Below, in pieces: positions 12,692-23,004 of a stretch of 64,000 nucleotides of DNA; the first letter of the stretch is position 1, and every line of letters begins with the position of its first letter. Source of the DNA: Lama glama. Lineage: Eukaryota. The notes beneath the pieces are model-generated. The model saw only the letters and a list, made by a program, of their open reading frames with translations. It ran no database searches and was not told the origin of the DNA. The translations under genes and the position numbers were made by a program. The stretch is from the NCBI GenBank assembly GCA_028534125.1, contig CM052817.1:99698001-99762000 (forward strand), read 5' to 3'.

Positions 12692-13445
12692 GTGTGGTCC
12701 TTGCACCATGCAAATCCTCTCCGTACACGTTCAGCTCAGGTTACCCTCTGTCACTGCAGTTGGTTCCGAGCCTTCACTAATACTCAGAGCCTCCTTTCTC
12801 CACCATCCATTCTCAACTCCTCTTGCCCTCAGCTACCACCTCTGCTGGTCTTGGTGGCATGACCCACATTTTCATTTCTCACCTATCTTAGCCCCAGGAA
12901 TCACATCCTTCTCAGGCAGGGTTGCTTCACTTGTCTGTTCAACAGTTACGATTGATCAGAGGAGAATCAGGAACCAAGGAGCACCCAGGTGAGTCATCTG
13001 AGTTATGTACCTATGCCTCCCTGTTCCCACTGCATGAAATCAACCTTACCTCCCGCTGTCCATCTGAATGAATTACCCCTGCCAAGATAATCACTCTTCT
13101 TACCTGCTGGTCCCTGGCCCCAGAGAGCTCAAAGTGCCCCGATGGCAGCCATAGTTTGTAATTCAACTGGACCCTTGCCATGTCCTCTTGTGAGAACATG
13201 TCCCCATTGACAATAAGAACCTCTAATCCTATACAGCCCAAGAAGCATAACTCAGTAGGTCATTGGGAGTGGTAGTCAGTGGGGCCACTCCTGCTTCTAC
13301 TCAGTTCCAGATTCATATATTCTTCTGATTAGAGATATACCACCATAAAAAGAAGAATCCCTGATACAATGTGTACTGCATTCTGGAGGATTTAGCCCCA
13401 TCTTCACAAGGTATTGCCTCCAACTTTGTTCTTCAGCTATGCCAT
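12692..13445 (-). pseudogene. ERV-L (HERV16/ERV3-16A3-type) internal remnant: integrase C-terminus, dUTPase and downstream tail
   Basis: 13011-13241 reads GLEVLIVNG..NYKLWLPSGHF..QQVRRVIILAGVIHSDGQREVRL, resembling ERV-L dUTPase (LEVLVP..NWKLRLPPGHFG..LAGVIDPDYQxEI). Upstream VEAGVAPLT and downstream PRPAEVVAEGK are visible. Stops and frameshifts present. Confidence 0.8.
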
Positions 13446-14014
13446 CTTTCAGCAAAAATATATATATGAATATATATGAAACTAGAGGTAAGAAGCATAA
13501 TATGTAATATATAAGAGCTTTTTAAATTAAGTACTATTTCATCCATCAAAAACAAATCCATAAAGTATATGAGCATAAAATTCAAATCTCCCAAAATCAC
13601 ATTCATGGAACAAGCGATTATTATTAGTCCCTCTCTTCAAATAAAAATGAAGCCTATATTGCAAAATCAAGACCAGGGTTCTCAGGAGCTGTAGCTTCAG
13701 GTTCAAAATATAATAAAATACATGGAAGTGTCAAAAATGAGAATTAATTTCCTGATGGAAGAACATTTTTATTCAAAGTCTTGACACATCTGCAAAAGAA
13801 AAATGTTAGTGGTTTATATATAATGACCTACAGCGTCTAATGTCCTTGGGCCAGGTCAAGCTGTAATCTTTTTCCTTTGCTCCTTCTTTCTCTTTATTCC
13901 TGTCCACATTTTGACTTTTCAAAAATATCACCTTTCCCTCCTCTTTCCTTCTTTCTTTCAGTTTGTCTACATTTCTTTCACTTTTTTCTCCTCAGAACTC
14001 TCTTTGGTTTTCTT

Positions 14015-14056
14015 CACTGCTGTGTGCCTCGGTTTTCTCATCTCTAAAACAGGAAT

Positions 14057-14088
<32 letters not shown>

Positions 14089-14135
14089 ACTATCTCATGA
14101 GGGAGCTGTGAAGATTAAAATGAGCTAATACATTA
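14015..14135 (+). mobile_element. MIR (5' part; resumes at ~14566-14620) with an (ATC)n tract
   Basis: CTGTGTGCCTCGGTTTTCTCATCTCTAAAACAGG...GAAGATTAAAATGAGCTAATACAT; continues ATGTAAAGCACTTA after the MLT1. Confidence 0.75.
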
Positions 14136-14565
14136 TGTTAGGTGGCTAGGGCTAGCATAACAAAGTACCACCGACTGAGAAGTTTAAATAACACAAAGGT
14201 GTTGTCTCACAGTTCTGGAGGCTGGAAGTCCAAGATCAACTTGTTGGGAGGGTCAGACTCCCCCTGGAAGCCCTAGGGAAAAATCTTTTCAAGACTTCTT
14301 TTCTTATTTTAGGCAGTTCTTTGGCTTGTGCAGCAAAACTCCAGTCTTCACATGGTATTCTCCCTGTGTGCGTGTTCTGTGTCCAAACTTCCCCTTTTTA
14401 TAAGGACACTAGTCATATTGGATTAGAGGCTCACCCTCCTCCAGTGTGACCTGATCTTAACTAGTTACATCTGCAGCAACTCTATTCCCAGATAAGGTCA
14501 CATTCTGAGGTCCTGGGGCTTTAACATAGGATTTAGGGGCAGAGAACATACTTCAACTCATAACA
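14136..14565 (-). mobile_element. MaLR solo LTR (MLT1B/C-like) nested in a MIR
   Basis: TCTCACAGTTCTGGAGGCTGGAAGTCCAAGATCAA, TATAAGGACACTAGTCATATTGGATTAG, AAGGTCACATTCTGAGGT; TG...CA ends. Confidence 0.85.
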
Positions 14566-14722
14566 CATATGTAAAGCACTTAAAAGGATATATTTGCTTT
14601 TTAAGTATTTGCTATTATAATTACATGTGTGGAGAACTGTACTGAGGTTGTAACAGTGAATCAGGCACATGTCTGTCACTCAAGGAGCTCATAGCATGAT
14701 AAGATCCATGGTAGAGGTGATG

Positions 14723-14849
14723 TAGGGTGACTATTGTCCCAGTTAGCTTGCCCATGACTGGGGGCTGGGGGTGTGGGATGATATTCCTGGGACTTTTAGT
14801 GCAAACACCAGGAAGATCCGGGGCAAATCAGGCCAAGTCAGTCATTCTA
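14723..14849. mobile_element. MER81-like hAT-Blackjack MITE
   Basis: Terminal TAGGGTGAC...GTCATTCTA; internal GGGACTTTTAGTGC..CCGGGGCAAA. Confidence 0.7.
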
Positions 14850-14904
14850 GATATGAACAAGATGGGAGGATAGAGGATCCAAGAGGAAACAGGAGAGGCA
14901 AAGC

Positions 14905-15855
14905 TTGCACCCCTTCCCCCCAATATCTGTTATCTCCTTGGCATTTGGTAGTCAAGAACAAGATCTACATTCTCCAGTGTCCAATGGCACTAGGCACAGC
15001 CATGTGACCAGATTCTGGCCAATGGGAAATGGTGTGCATAACTTTAAAGAAATATATTAAAGGGAAGGGACATGCTCTTCTTCACACCTTGTCTTTGTTG
15101 ACTAGAATTTGTGAAATAGGAAAGGAGGGCACAGCCATTAAAGAAATGACGTGGTAATTAGCACTAAGATGGCAGAGAATTCAACTCAAAGTAGACCCTG
15201 AGGCCCAAGATGGAGGGAGATTTGACTTCCAGTACACCTTGAGCTTCATTATATACTCATTGTAATATGTTAGCATGGTAAATGACACTTCCAAGGCTGA
15301 CCATAAAAGGTCAAAAAGAGGGCAGTGGCCCCATTCCTGGGGATCCCAGCTCCTTCCTCAAAGTAGTTGGAATAATCCTCCCACTTGTTAGCTTATGAAA
15401 TCACCAAGCCCATAAAACCTAGCAACACCATGCTTTGTGGCATCTCACTTCCTCTCCTTTGGAAATGGCCTGCACTCTGTCTATGGAGTGTGCACATCTT
15501 TGAATAAATCTACTTTTACTCAACTATGGCTCACTCTTGAATTCTTTCTTGCATGAAGCCAAGGACCCTCACTTGATGGGGCATGTCTCAGGGACTCACC
15601 TGAGACCTGGGACATGACTATCCTCTTGGGCCCCTATTTTCCTGTATCATTCAGGTGTAATGGCTGGAACTGGATCAGCCGTCTTTAACAACAGATATTA
15701 AGGAACTAGAAACCAGGACCCCTGATGATCATGGAGAAGGCATACCTATCAGATCTCATACATCTGGACTTCATTTACATGAGAAGTAAAGTACTTTTAA
15801 AGATATGATTATTTTGGGTTTTCTGTCACACAGTTAGTATAATCCCAACTGTTAC
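14905..15855 (+). mobile_element. MLT1I/J-like LTR split by an ERV1 LTR at 15112-15649
   Basis: GCCATGTGACCAGATTCTGGCCAATGGG on the left; GTAATGGCTGGAACT..CAGCCGTCTT and TTTTGGGTTTTCTGTCAC..CCCAACTGTTACA on the right. Confidence 0.65.
15112..15649 (+). mobile_element. ERV1 solo LTR (MER41-like)
   Basis: Terminal inverted repeats TGAAATAGGAAA / TTTCCTGTATCA; CCCATAAAA TATA-like box; AATAAA ~15503; CTCTTGAATTCTTTCTTGCATGAAGCCAAGGACCC U5 motif. Confidence 0.8.
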
Positions 15856-16039
15856 AGACATTGAACTCTGTCTTTAACAGTCATGAAAGGAGGTAAGAGG
15901 GGAGAAAATAGAAATCCCTCTGAATAGAAGAAACATTATATGTAGAGGCTTGCAAGCAAAAAAGAGTCTAAAATAACTTTTGATTTCACAATAGCGTGAA
16001 CTAAATATTTGGAAAAGGTATTTCTATTATAAAATACCC

Positions 16040-16285
16040 CTACAATTCTGCTTCCAATTCCAATGTGTGAGATTTTCCCCATGTGTTTCCCATGTGAGGT
16101 GTTTTCTCAGACACCATCTTGTGTCCTACAATTCAACTCAATTCTGATACTACTTGCGTTACCAAACTCAAAGTTGGGTCCACTTGCCAGCGCACAGTAA
16201 GGCTGTGGTGAAGGAAAATGTAATGCTTACTGTAAGGCGCTGTATAAGGATTTTGGGACAGCTAGTGCTCAGAAAGCCCAGCTAA
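16040..16285 (-). mobile_element. ERV LTR fragments: a MER21-like piece plus the 3' end of an LTR related to 49711-50339
   Basis: GTGTCCTACAATTCAACTCAATTCTGATACTA; then GTTACCAAAC..GTGGTGAAGGAAA..CAGCTAGTGCT, which matches the reverse complement of 50205-50339. Confidence 0.6.
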
Positions 16286-17452
16286 ACAGAGTACTTTTTG
16301 AATCCATAATGTCTTGAAAATTAGTGAAATACGATTATGCAAAATCTGCACTTAAAATTTAGCCAATGTGTGTTCAGCCTCTATTAGGTGCTCTCTGGGG
16401 GACACAGAAGTAATTAAGGCAGACACAGCTCCTCATGGCTCCTCCTCACGACTCTATCTCTTTGTCCCCCTCCTTTGCCTGTGTCCTGCATATTCAATCA
16501 GACTGCAGCCTCACATGCTTCCCAAGGATCAAGTACATAATATAAATGAGAAAGACAATAGAATCTGGGAAGATGGAGATGAACGAGAGATTTCACATCC
16601 ATCGAACAGGGGCAGCAGGAACTCAGCAGGGATGTGGGGCAAGTATTGCTATGTGTTCTGATTATGAGAGCAGAGCCCAACTGAGTACTCAAATCAACAG
16701 TTCACAGAAAGGGATCTTAGGGCCAATGTGAAGAAGTCTATTACCAGATACCCCGTCAAAAGCAGAGCCATACCAGAAAGGGAAACCACAGGGACAGGGG
16801 AGGTATGGTTAGGGACCACAGGAGCTGAACACAGGGATACCCAAACTAGACCCCAGACAAAGCTCTGAGCAATAAATCTAGGTATTGTGTGCAATGGATG
16901 CAGAGAAAATGCAGTAAAAAGAAAGGTCAGGGTCTTTGCGTGCAATCATAGGAATGCTGGGTTTGGCCTTGCTAGAGGTGGATTTTATCAGGCAGGGCTT
17001 CCTATGAATGTCCGTCCCAGTCTTATCACTCCTGCTTCTCTGCATGGAAGAGCAACTGCACAGAATCACTGGCCGGTCTCTGAACAGGCCCTGACCTGGC
17101 CCTGGAAAACAGCAATGCCAACGCTCAGCCTTGAGCACCTTCCTGCTCTCTCCAGCTGCAGACATTCTCCACATCTTCCCGGCTCAATTAGAGATGCAAC
17201 CTTCCCTGGGAAGCATCTCCAGAACCCCCTCCTCTCCCCAGTCTTCATGCTGTTTCTCTTCTGTTTGGCTCCCATACCACTTTCTACCTCCCCTTTTGAA
17301 CACTTCATATTTGTAGATGCATCCCATTCCCCATATATTATTACCAAGTGCTCTTACCAGGTGCTCTCTATGCCCCAAGAAAATAAAAAATTGTAATATT
17401 ACTCTATGCTTCATATCTTAATATTGCATTTTATTATCTTACATCTTAATAG

Positions 17453-17616
17453 TCTGTGCCTTTGCTATGAAGTGTGGTCCTTGGACCAGCGGCATCAACA
17501 TTACTTGATGGCATATTTAAACATAGAATATCAGCTCCACCCCAGACCTACTGAATCAGATTCTGTATCTTAATAAGATCCCCACGTGATTCACATGTGG
17601 AATTTGAGAAGCACTG
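17453..17616. mobile_element. MER5-type hAT-Charlie MITE
   Basis: AAGTGTGGTCCTTGGACCAGCGGCATCAACAT..CCCCAGACCTACTGAATCAGA..TTTGAGAAGCACTG. Confidence 0.85.
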
Positions 17617-17714
17617 TTCTGTGCACTCACAAGCCCAGTCCTCTTGCATTTCAGTGATAAAAATGTCTAACTTTAATCTTTTGATACTATCGCTTGTAGT
17701 TTTCTGGTATTATT

Positions 17715-17835
17715 AATTAGACTAGAAACTCCACCAGAACAGGACCTGTGTCTGCCTGGGTCATGACTGTATTCTTAGTGCCCAAGCTGGGTACTTAGTA
17801 GATCCTCAGTAACCAGTTTGGTTAAATAAGTAAAC
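17715..17835 (+). mobile_element. L2 3' end (further L2 pieces at ~17100-17300)
   Basis: TAGACTAGAAACTCC..CAGGACCTGTGTCTG..TAGTAGATCCTCAGTAA..GTTAAATAAGTAAA. Confidence 0.65.
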
Positions 17836-19022
17836 GAGTATTGGCAGAAAACAGTTATTTTAATGGCAACAAGAAAATACGGTAAAATGACAGCCATTGG
17901 TTTGCTTTCGTTTAAGTCATACTTTAAAAATATGTCAGATTTGTAGGTATGGGTAATGTTCTTGAATTGTTCTGAATTGAAATTCAATGCTAATGTTTTT
18001 CTATTATATTAAAGTCAATGCAAAACGCATTATTAAAAATAACTAGGCAGAAATTAATTTTCATTTTTTCCCCAGAAGAGTACAAGGAGCATTTAGCTCT
18101 TTCAGTTTAAAGCATTTGAATGCTTTCAAGGGTATAATAGAGATCAAAGGTAAATTTTTTATTTATTTCTGTTTCTCAAGTCAAGAAGCTGTTGGTTGAT
18201 AGAAGGCAATGCTCCCACAGGTGAGCATTCTAGTCACCTAGGGGAGAAAGGAGAATGTGTCTTATGTAAAGACCTGGACTCGGTCAATTTTAATTTCATT
18301 TCCTGAAGTTTCTCTTCCAATTGGTGTTTATTTGCAAAACTTGTTATGTATGGAATCCTGATTGTGCTTTCCTCTAATTTTGCTTTCAGAAGACAAACAT
18401 TTTTGCTTATCTTTGCTTATGTAGCCTCTCAATAGCAATTGTCAGAATTCTCCCTCAGCAACAAACCCACCACACTGACCTCAGCCAGACCAAAAATGTC
18501 TTACACAGAGCGTGTCTTATTCCGCACACTCTGAAGGGAATGCTCGACTTCAGCAGTTCTTAGAACTAAATATCATGAGTCAACCAGTGAGAATGGCACA
18601 CTGTATGACCTTCAGCACTTGGGCTCCGTTTATAGCCTGACTGACCAGCCTCCACTGCCTGCTGCTCCTGTCCCCACCCCTGTGCGTCAGTCATACTCAG
18701 CTTGTCACTGTCCCCAACACACCCTTCTCTGTAATGTCTCCACCTTGGGACATGATGTCGCTTCAGCCAGAGTCAGCAAGAATGCAGAGAGAACATGGGC
18801 TTTGGGGCAAACCCAGATTCACTTCCTTATCCTGTGATTTTGAGCAAGTTAATTAATTACTCTGAACTATTTACTAACTAGAAAAAGAAGAGATAACAAT
18901 ACATAGGGGTTAGGACTATTGTAAGGACTAAGTGAAAACACAGTAATAGTTAACATTTAATGAGCACTTACTATGTGGCATTATTGTGACAAGTGCCTAC
19001 ATTATCGGAATTAATTCTTTTT

Positions 19023-19096
19023 GAATTAGAGTTACCTCCAGATATATTCCCAGGAGTGGATCACATGGTAAGTCTACTTTTAGTTTTTTGAGGAAT
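19023..19096 (-). mobile_element. ~74 bp internal L1 ORF2-end fragment with a 15 bp direct repeat and no poly(A)
   Basis: ATATATTCCCAGGAGTGG..ATGGTAAGTCTACTTTTAGTTTTTTGAGGAAT; flanked by GAATTAATTCTTTTT at 19008-19022 and 19097-19111. Confidence 0.8.
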
Positions 19097-19394
19097 GAAT
19101 TAATTCTTTTTTTTATCAGCAGGATGCCTACCCTTTTAGTAGTCCTTTCCATACGTGAAGTGACGAGTTTTTTCATATACCTGTCTTAGGAAATTACCTT
19201 CTATTGCTCTTGAAATCAAGCAAACATGACGTTGATGCAAAGCAGGGGCTCAACGAATGTTTATTTAATGACTGATAGTGTGGAATTATTAATATTTTGG
19301 CTATTCTGCACTGTCACCTTCTCTCTCCAAGACTCAAGTGTTCATCTACTAAAAATAATACTTACCTTGCAGAGTTATAATATGCCACAAAAAG

Positions 19395-19702
19395 CCACTT
19401 AAATGTATCTTGTTAAGTGAAAGAAGCCAGTTAAAAAAAGTCTACATATCATTTGATTCCAATTCTATGACATTCTGGAAAAGGCACAATTATGGAGACA
19501 GGAAAAAGATCAGTGGTTTCCAAGGGTTTGAGGGAGGGAGGGAGGATGAGTAGGTGGAGTACAGTGGATTTTTAGGCAAGTGAAACTATTTTGTATGATA
19601 CAAATGTAACTATTCATCACAACCCGTAGAATGTACAATATTATACATTTGTCAAAACTCATAGGCTGTACAACATACAATGTAAACGCTAAAGTAAACT
19701 GT
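19395..19702 (+). mobile_element. L1MC-like 3'-UTR fragment
   Basis: TAAGTGAAAGAAGCCAG, ATGACATTCTGGAAAAGGCA, AAAAGATCAGTGGTT, ATACATTTGTCAAAACTCATAG. Confidence 0.8.
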
Positions 19703-21079
19703 CTGAACCGGGTGTTGAAAATAAGCAGGTATTAATCAGGCAAAGAAGAAGGGAGGGTGTAAGAAGAGATGTCCAGGCATGGTCATAATAGTTGTGAACA
19801 CCATATTCAGGGAATTAGAAGTAGTTACATATTGCTGTGGACAAGGGAAAGGGTCTGTAGGGGACCAGAGGTGAAGCTGGCAAGGTAGAAGAGGTGATAC
19901 TATGAAGAGCCTTTGTACGTCATGCTGAAGGATCCATAGATGGGGCAGTTGGGATCAATGGAGGATTTTTAGCAGCAGAGTGACCTGGTGGCCAGGAAGG
20001 AGATTGAGAAGGGTCAGTATTTTGGATTTAGCTTCCTCCCTTCATTACACCCTTAGTCTCTCTGTAACATCATTGCTACCACTTGGGTATTCTGTTTTGT
20101 TTTGTTTTGTGTCTTGGAAAGAGTCTAGGTGCTGGCAGAAGGGGAAGATTTGGAATTGGAGATTTGGGCAGCCAAATGGAGATGATGTGGGGCTTGAAAT
20201 GGAAGCCGAGAAGATGGATACTTTCTCAAGCTGCTCAGCACCCTTTGAGGCTGCTTTTCTACAACAAACTCCTTCCACTTCCATCCAGTACTTATTGGCT
20301 GCATCCTCAGGGTATCATCTCCAAAGTTTCAAAGGGGAAGTCATCAACATATGTAGCGAATACTACTATTGAACATCCTCTTTTCTCAAATATTTTATCA
20401 ACTGCTCAATGTAGTTAATGTAAAGCTGAGCAGCAAGCAGAACAACAGGTGTGTAAGAAAAAGGGCATGAGGGCCCTGGTAGAGGAAAATCTCTAAAAAG
20501 GTAAGCTGAACAGAATTTCTAGCCTGTAGTCTGGCTCCAGCTTCCATGAAAGTGTGTAACAGCCATTACTAGAGAAATCAGTGGACAAGGTCATGAGGGA
20601 GACCTGGAAAACACAGGACTTATTCCTGTTGGGACCATTGGCAGGTGGTCTGGGTACAGGACACCTGGAAAGACTGTGGTGGGAGACATGCTTCTAAGTT
20701 CACCAAAGCCCACCTCCAGTTCCGGAGAAGGTCAAAGCAGAAACCTTCCCCAGGGTTTAGTGAGCATCTTCAGCTTATCCAGGCTGTACGTTCTAGTGTA
20801 GGGTTCAGGGTGGGCAGGTGGGCAGAAATGCCATGAAAACATGGGTAAGGAAATACAAATAACAACCTGGATCAATCTCATCCAGGCATTCTGTTGTCAG
20901 ATTTTAAAAAAAATAGTACTGTGGCATCGTAGTGATAACCTGCCTCAATTATGTCTTCTCTTTGGAGTCACATTGTTCCAGTTTGTGCTTTTTGCCCCCC
21001 ATACCTGGTATATAGCTAGCACACATCATCCTGAGGACTCCCGTCATCCATTTCCTTACATGGATTTTCTGTTTTCCTT

Positions 21080-22390
21080 TAATTCATACCTTCTTCTTTC
21101 TTGTTTTACTCTCTGTTTCTTCTTGATTCAGCACATCATCACTTAGCTTCTTGAGAAATGGTGCATAGAAGGTAAACTTTAAGAATTTATGTATATTCTA
21201 TCTTTTTTCCACTTTTTTTGTGGGGGGTGTGGAATTAGGCTTGGTTGTTTCTTTGTTTATAGTGGAGATACGGAGGATCGAACCCAGGACCTCATGCATC
21301 TAAGCACTCTCTCTACCACTGAGCTATACCCTCCCACTTTCTACCTTTATTCTTGATGGACAAGAATTCTGAGTAAGAAATCATTTTCCTTCAGAATTCT
21401 GGAGGCACTGCTCTACTGCCCTCAGAGTTCAGCATTCAGGGTTGTTGAGAAGTCTGATGCCATTCTGATTCCTACTCCTTTGCATGCGCTTTTTCTCTTT
21501 CAAAGTTTGGAGAAATTTGTCTTTGTGTCTGGCAATCTAAAATTTCAAGATCATGTGCTTGGTATAAGTCTGTTTCTATTCACTGAGCTGTGTATTTTGT
21601 GGGTCTTTTCAATCTGGCATTTTCGGTCCTTCAGTTATCTTTCACGTTGGTATTTCCTCGGATGTTTGGTAAGCCTACTTGCCTGCTTACATTTAAGGGT
21701 GGGAGAGCAAAAAACTGATGAGAAGCTCTGGGCTTTGGGAACCTATTGACTATAACTTACGTAAAGGTGACATGAGTAAGCTCTTTGTTAGGGAATCCCT
21801 TCCCCTGCCCCAAATCCCACTCCATACCATTACCTTTAGGGATTTTTATTTTCCCTACTTGGGCTAGTCTTTTTCCTTAGAGAAGTCTTCTCCAATCTTC
21901 TGTCTGGAGGGTGAGGCTTGATTTCCAGCATATCAGGAATTGGGAGAGGATCTGACCATTTGGTGTGTCTACATAAATTAATCCCTGTTTTCTTGGCAGA
22001 GGTCCTAAGCCCTTTCAGCTTTGGGGAAAAAAGTGGATAAATGTCCACTTCTGTTAGGGGAGGTGGAGGTAGGGGGTCACTCAGTGGAAAAGAATGTGGG
22101 AAAAGGACATAAAAGTAGCACTACTTCTCAAGTGGCTTCCAACCTCCAACCAGTTCCCTAATGTTAGCTCTCTTGCATCTTCACTCCACATCTGAGGGAT
22201 CTTGCAACACCATAAACTTAGCATTTGGTTTTCTCAGGTCTGCCATGTCCTTTATCACTGCTTTCTAGCCTCCAAAATTCTGTTGCTTTTGCTTCTTCCT
22301 CTCTCCCCATCCTAATGAGTTTTCGTGGGTTCTGGAGGAGTCAAAACAGCAGTGTTTGTTTAATCTATCACCTCTACTTGGAACCAACTG
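21080..22390 (-). mobile_element. Old L1 ORF1/5' region fragments (L1M4/L1ME-like), interrupted by a SINE
   Basis: AGAATTCTGAGT..AAATCATTTTCCTTCAGAATT, GTTGAGAAGTCTGATGCCATTCTGATTCCT (antisense ORF1 C-terminus). Confidence 0.6.
21205..21336 (-). mobile_element. Camelid-type tRNA-derived SINE
   Basis: Minus strand GGGAGGGTATAGCTCAGTGGTAGAG (A box)...GTCCTGGGTTCGATCC (B box), CCTAATT..CCCCC, A-rich tail; imperfect TSD TTCTAYCTTT. Confidence 0.9.
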
Positions 22391-23004
22391 TCAAACATTC
22401 TAAAAAACTGAAACTCATTTGTCTAATAAATATTGAATGCCTATGATATTCTGGGCACTTGGATAAATGCTGGAGATGAAGTATGATTTATCTGCCATCA
22501 AGATGACTGATGCTCCAAGGTAATGGTTTGAGAGAAAAAGGTCCCTTTCTTCTGAAGTCAGGAATTTATTTGTTAGAGATTTTTCTCTGCTGGGGTTACA
22601 TGGGCAGCTTCATAATGGATCCTGATTGCAAACCAAATGTTGAAGCCTTGGATCATTCCTGATGTCACTCATCCATTCCCTTACCCTGGCTGTGTTTCTG
22701 CGTGTCTGTAGGTTAATTGGCCTACTACCTAATTCCAAGGACATATGTGATGTCAGGGCTGGTTTGCCTTAAATACCATTCATTCTAAACACTGCAGAAG
22801 CCTAGGTCAGATGCCTCAGGCGCTGACTGAAGGATGGGTGTGCAGTTGTCTTAACAGGATCCCTACATGTCCATGATTGTGTTTCTATTCCAAGAGGCAC
22901 CTTATTCTAGATCTTGTCTTCAAACTTTAGCAACAGACGTCAATGATTACAATAGTTGAAAGAGGTTGGGGGGTGGTATGGCATTCATTTATTCATTCAT
23001 TTAC

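Noticed and set aside
16887..17396. 169 aa ORF
   Set aside because: No recognisable domain, overlaps L2-like sequence, no convincing exon structure.
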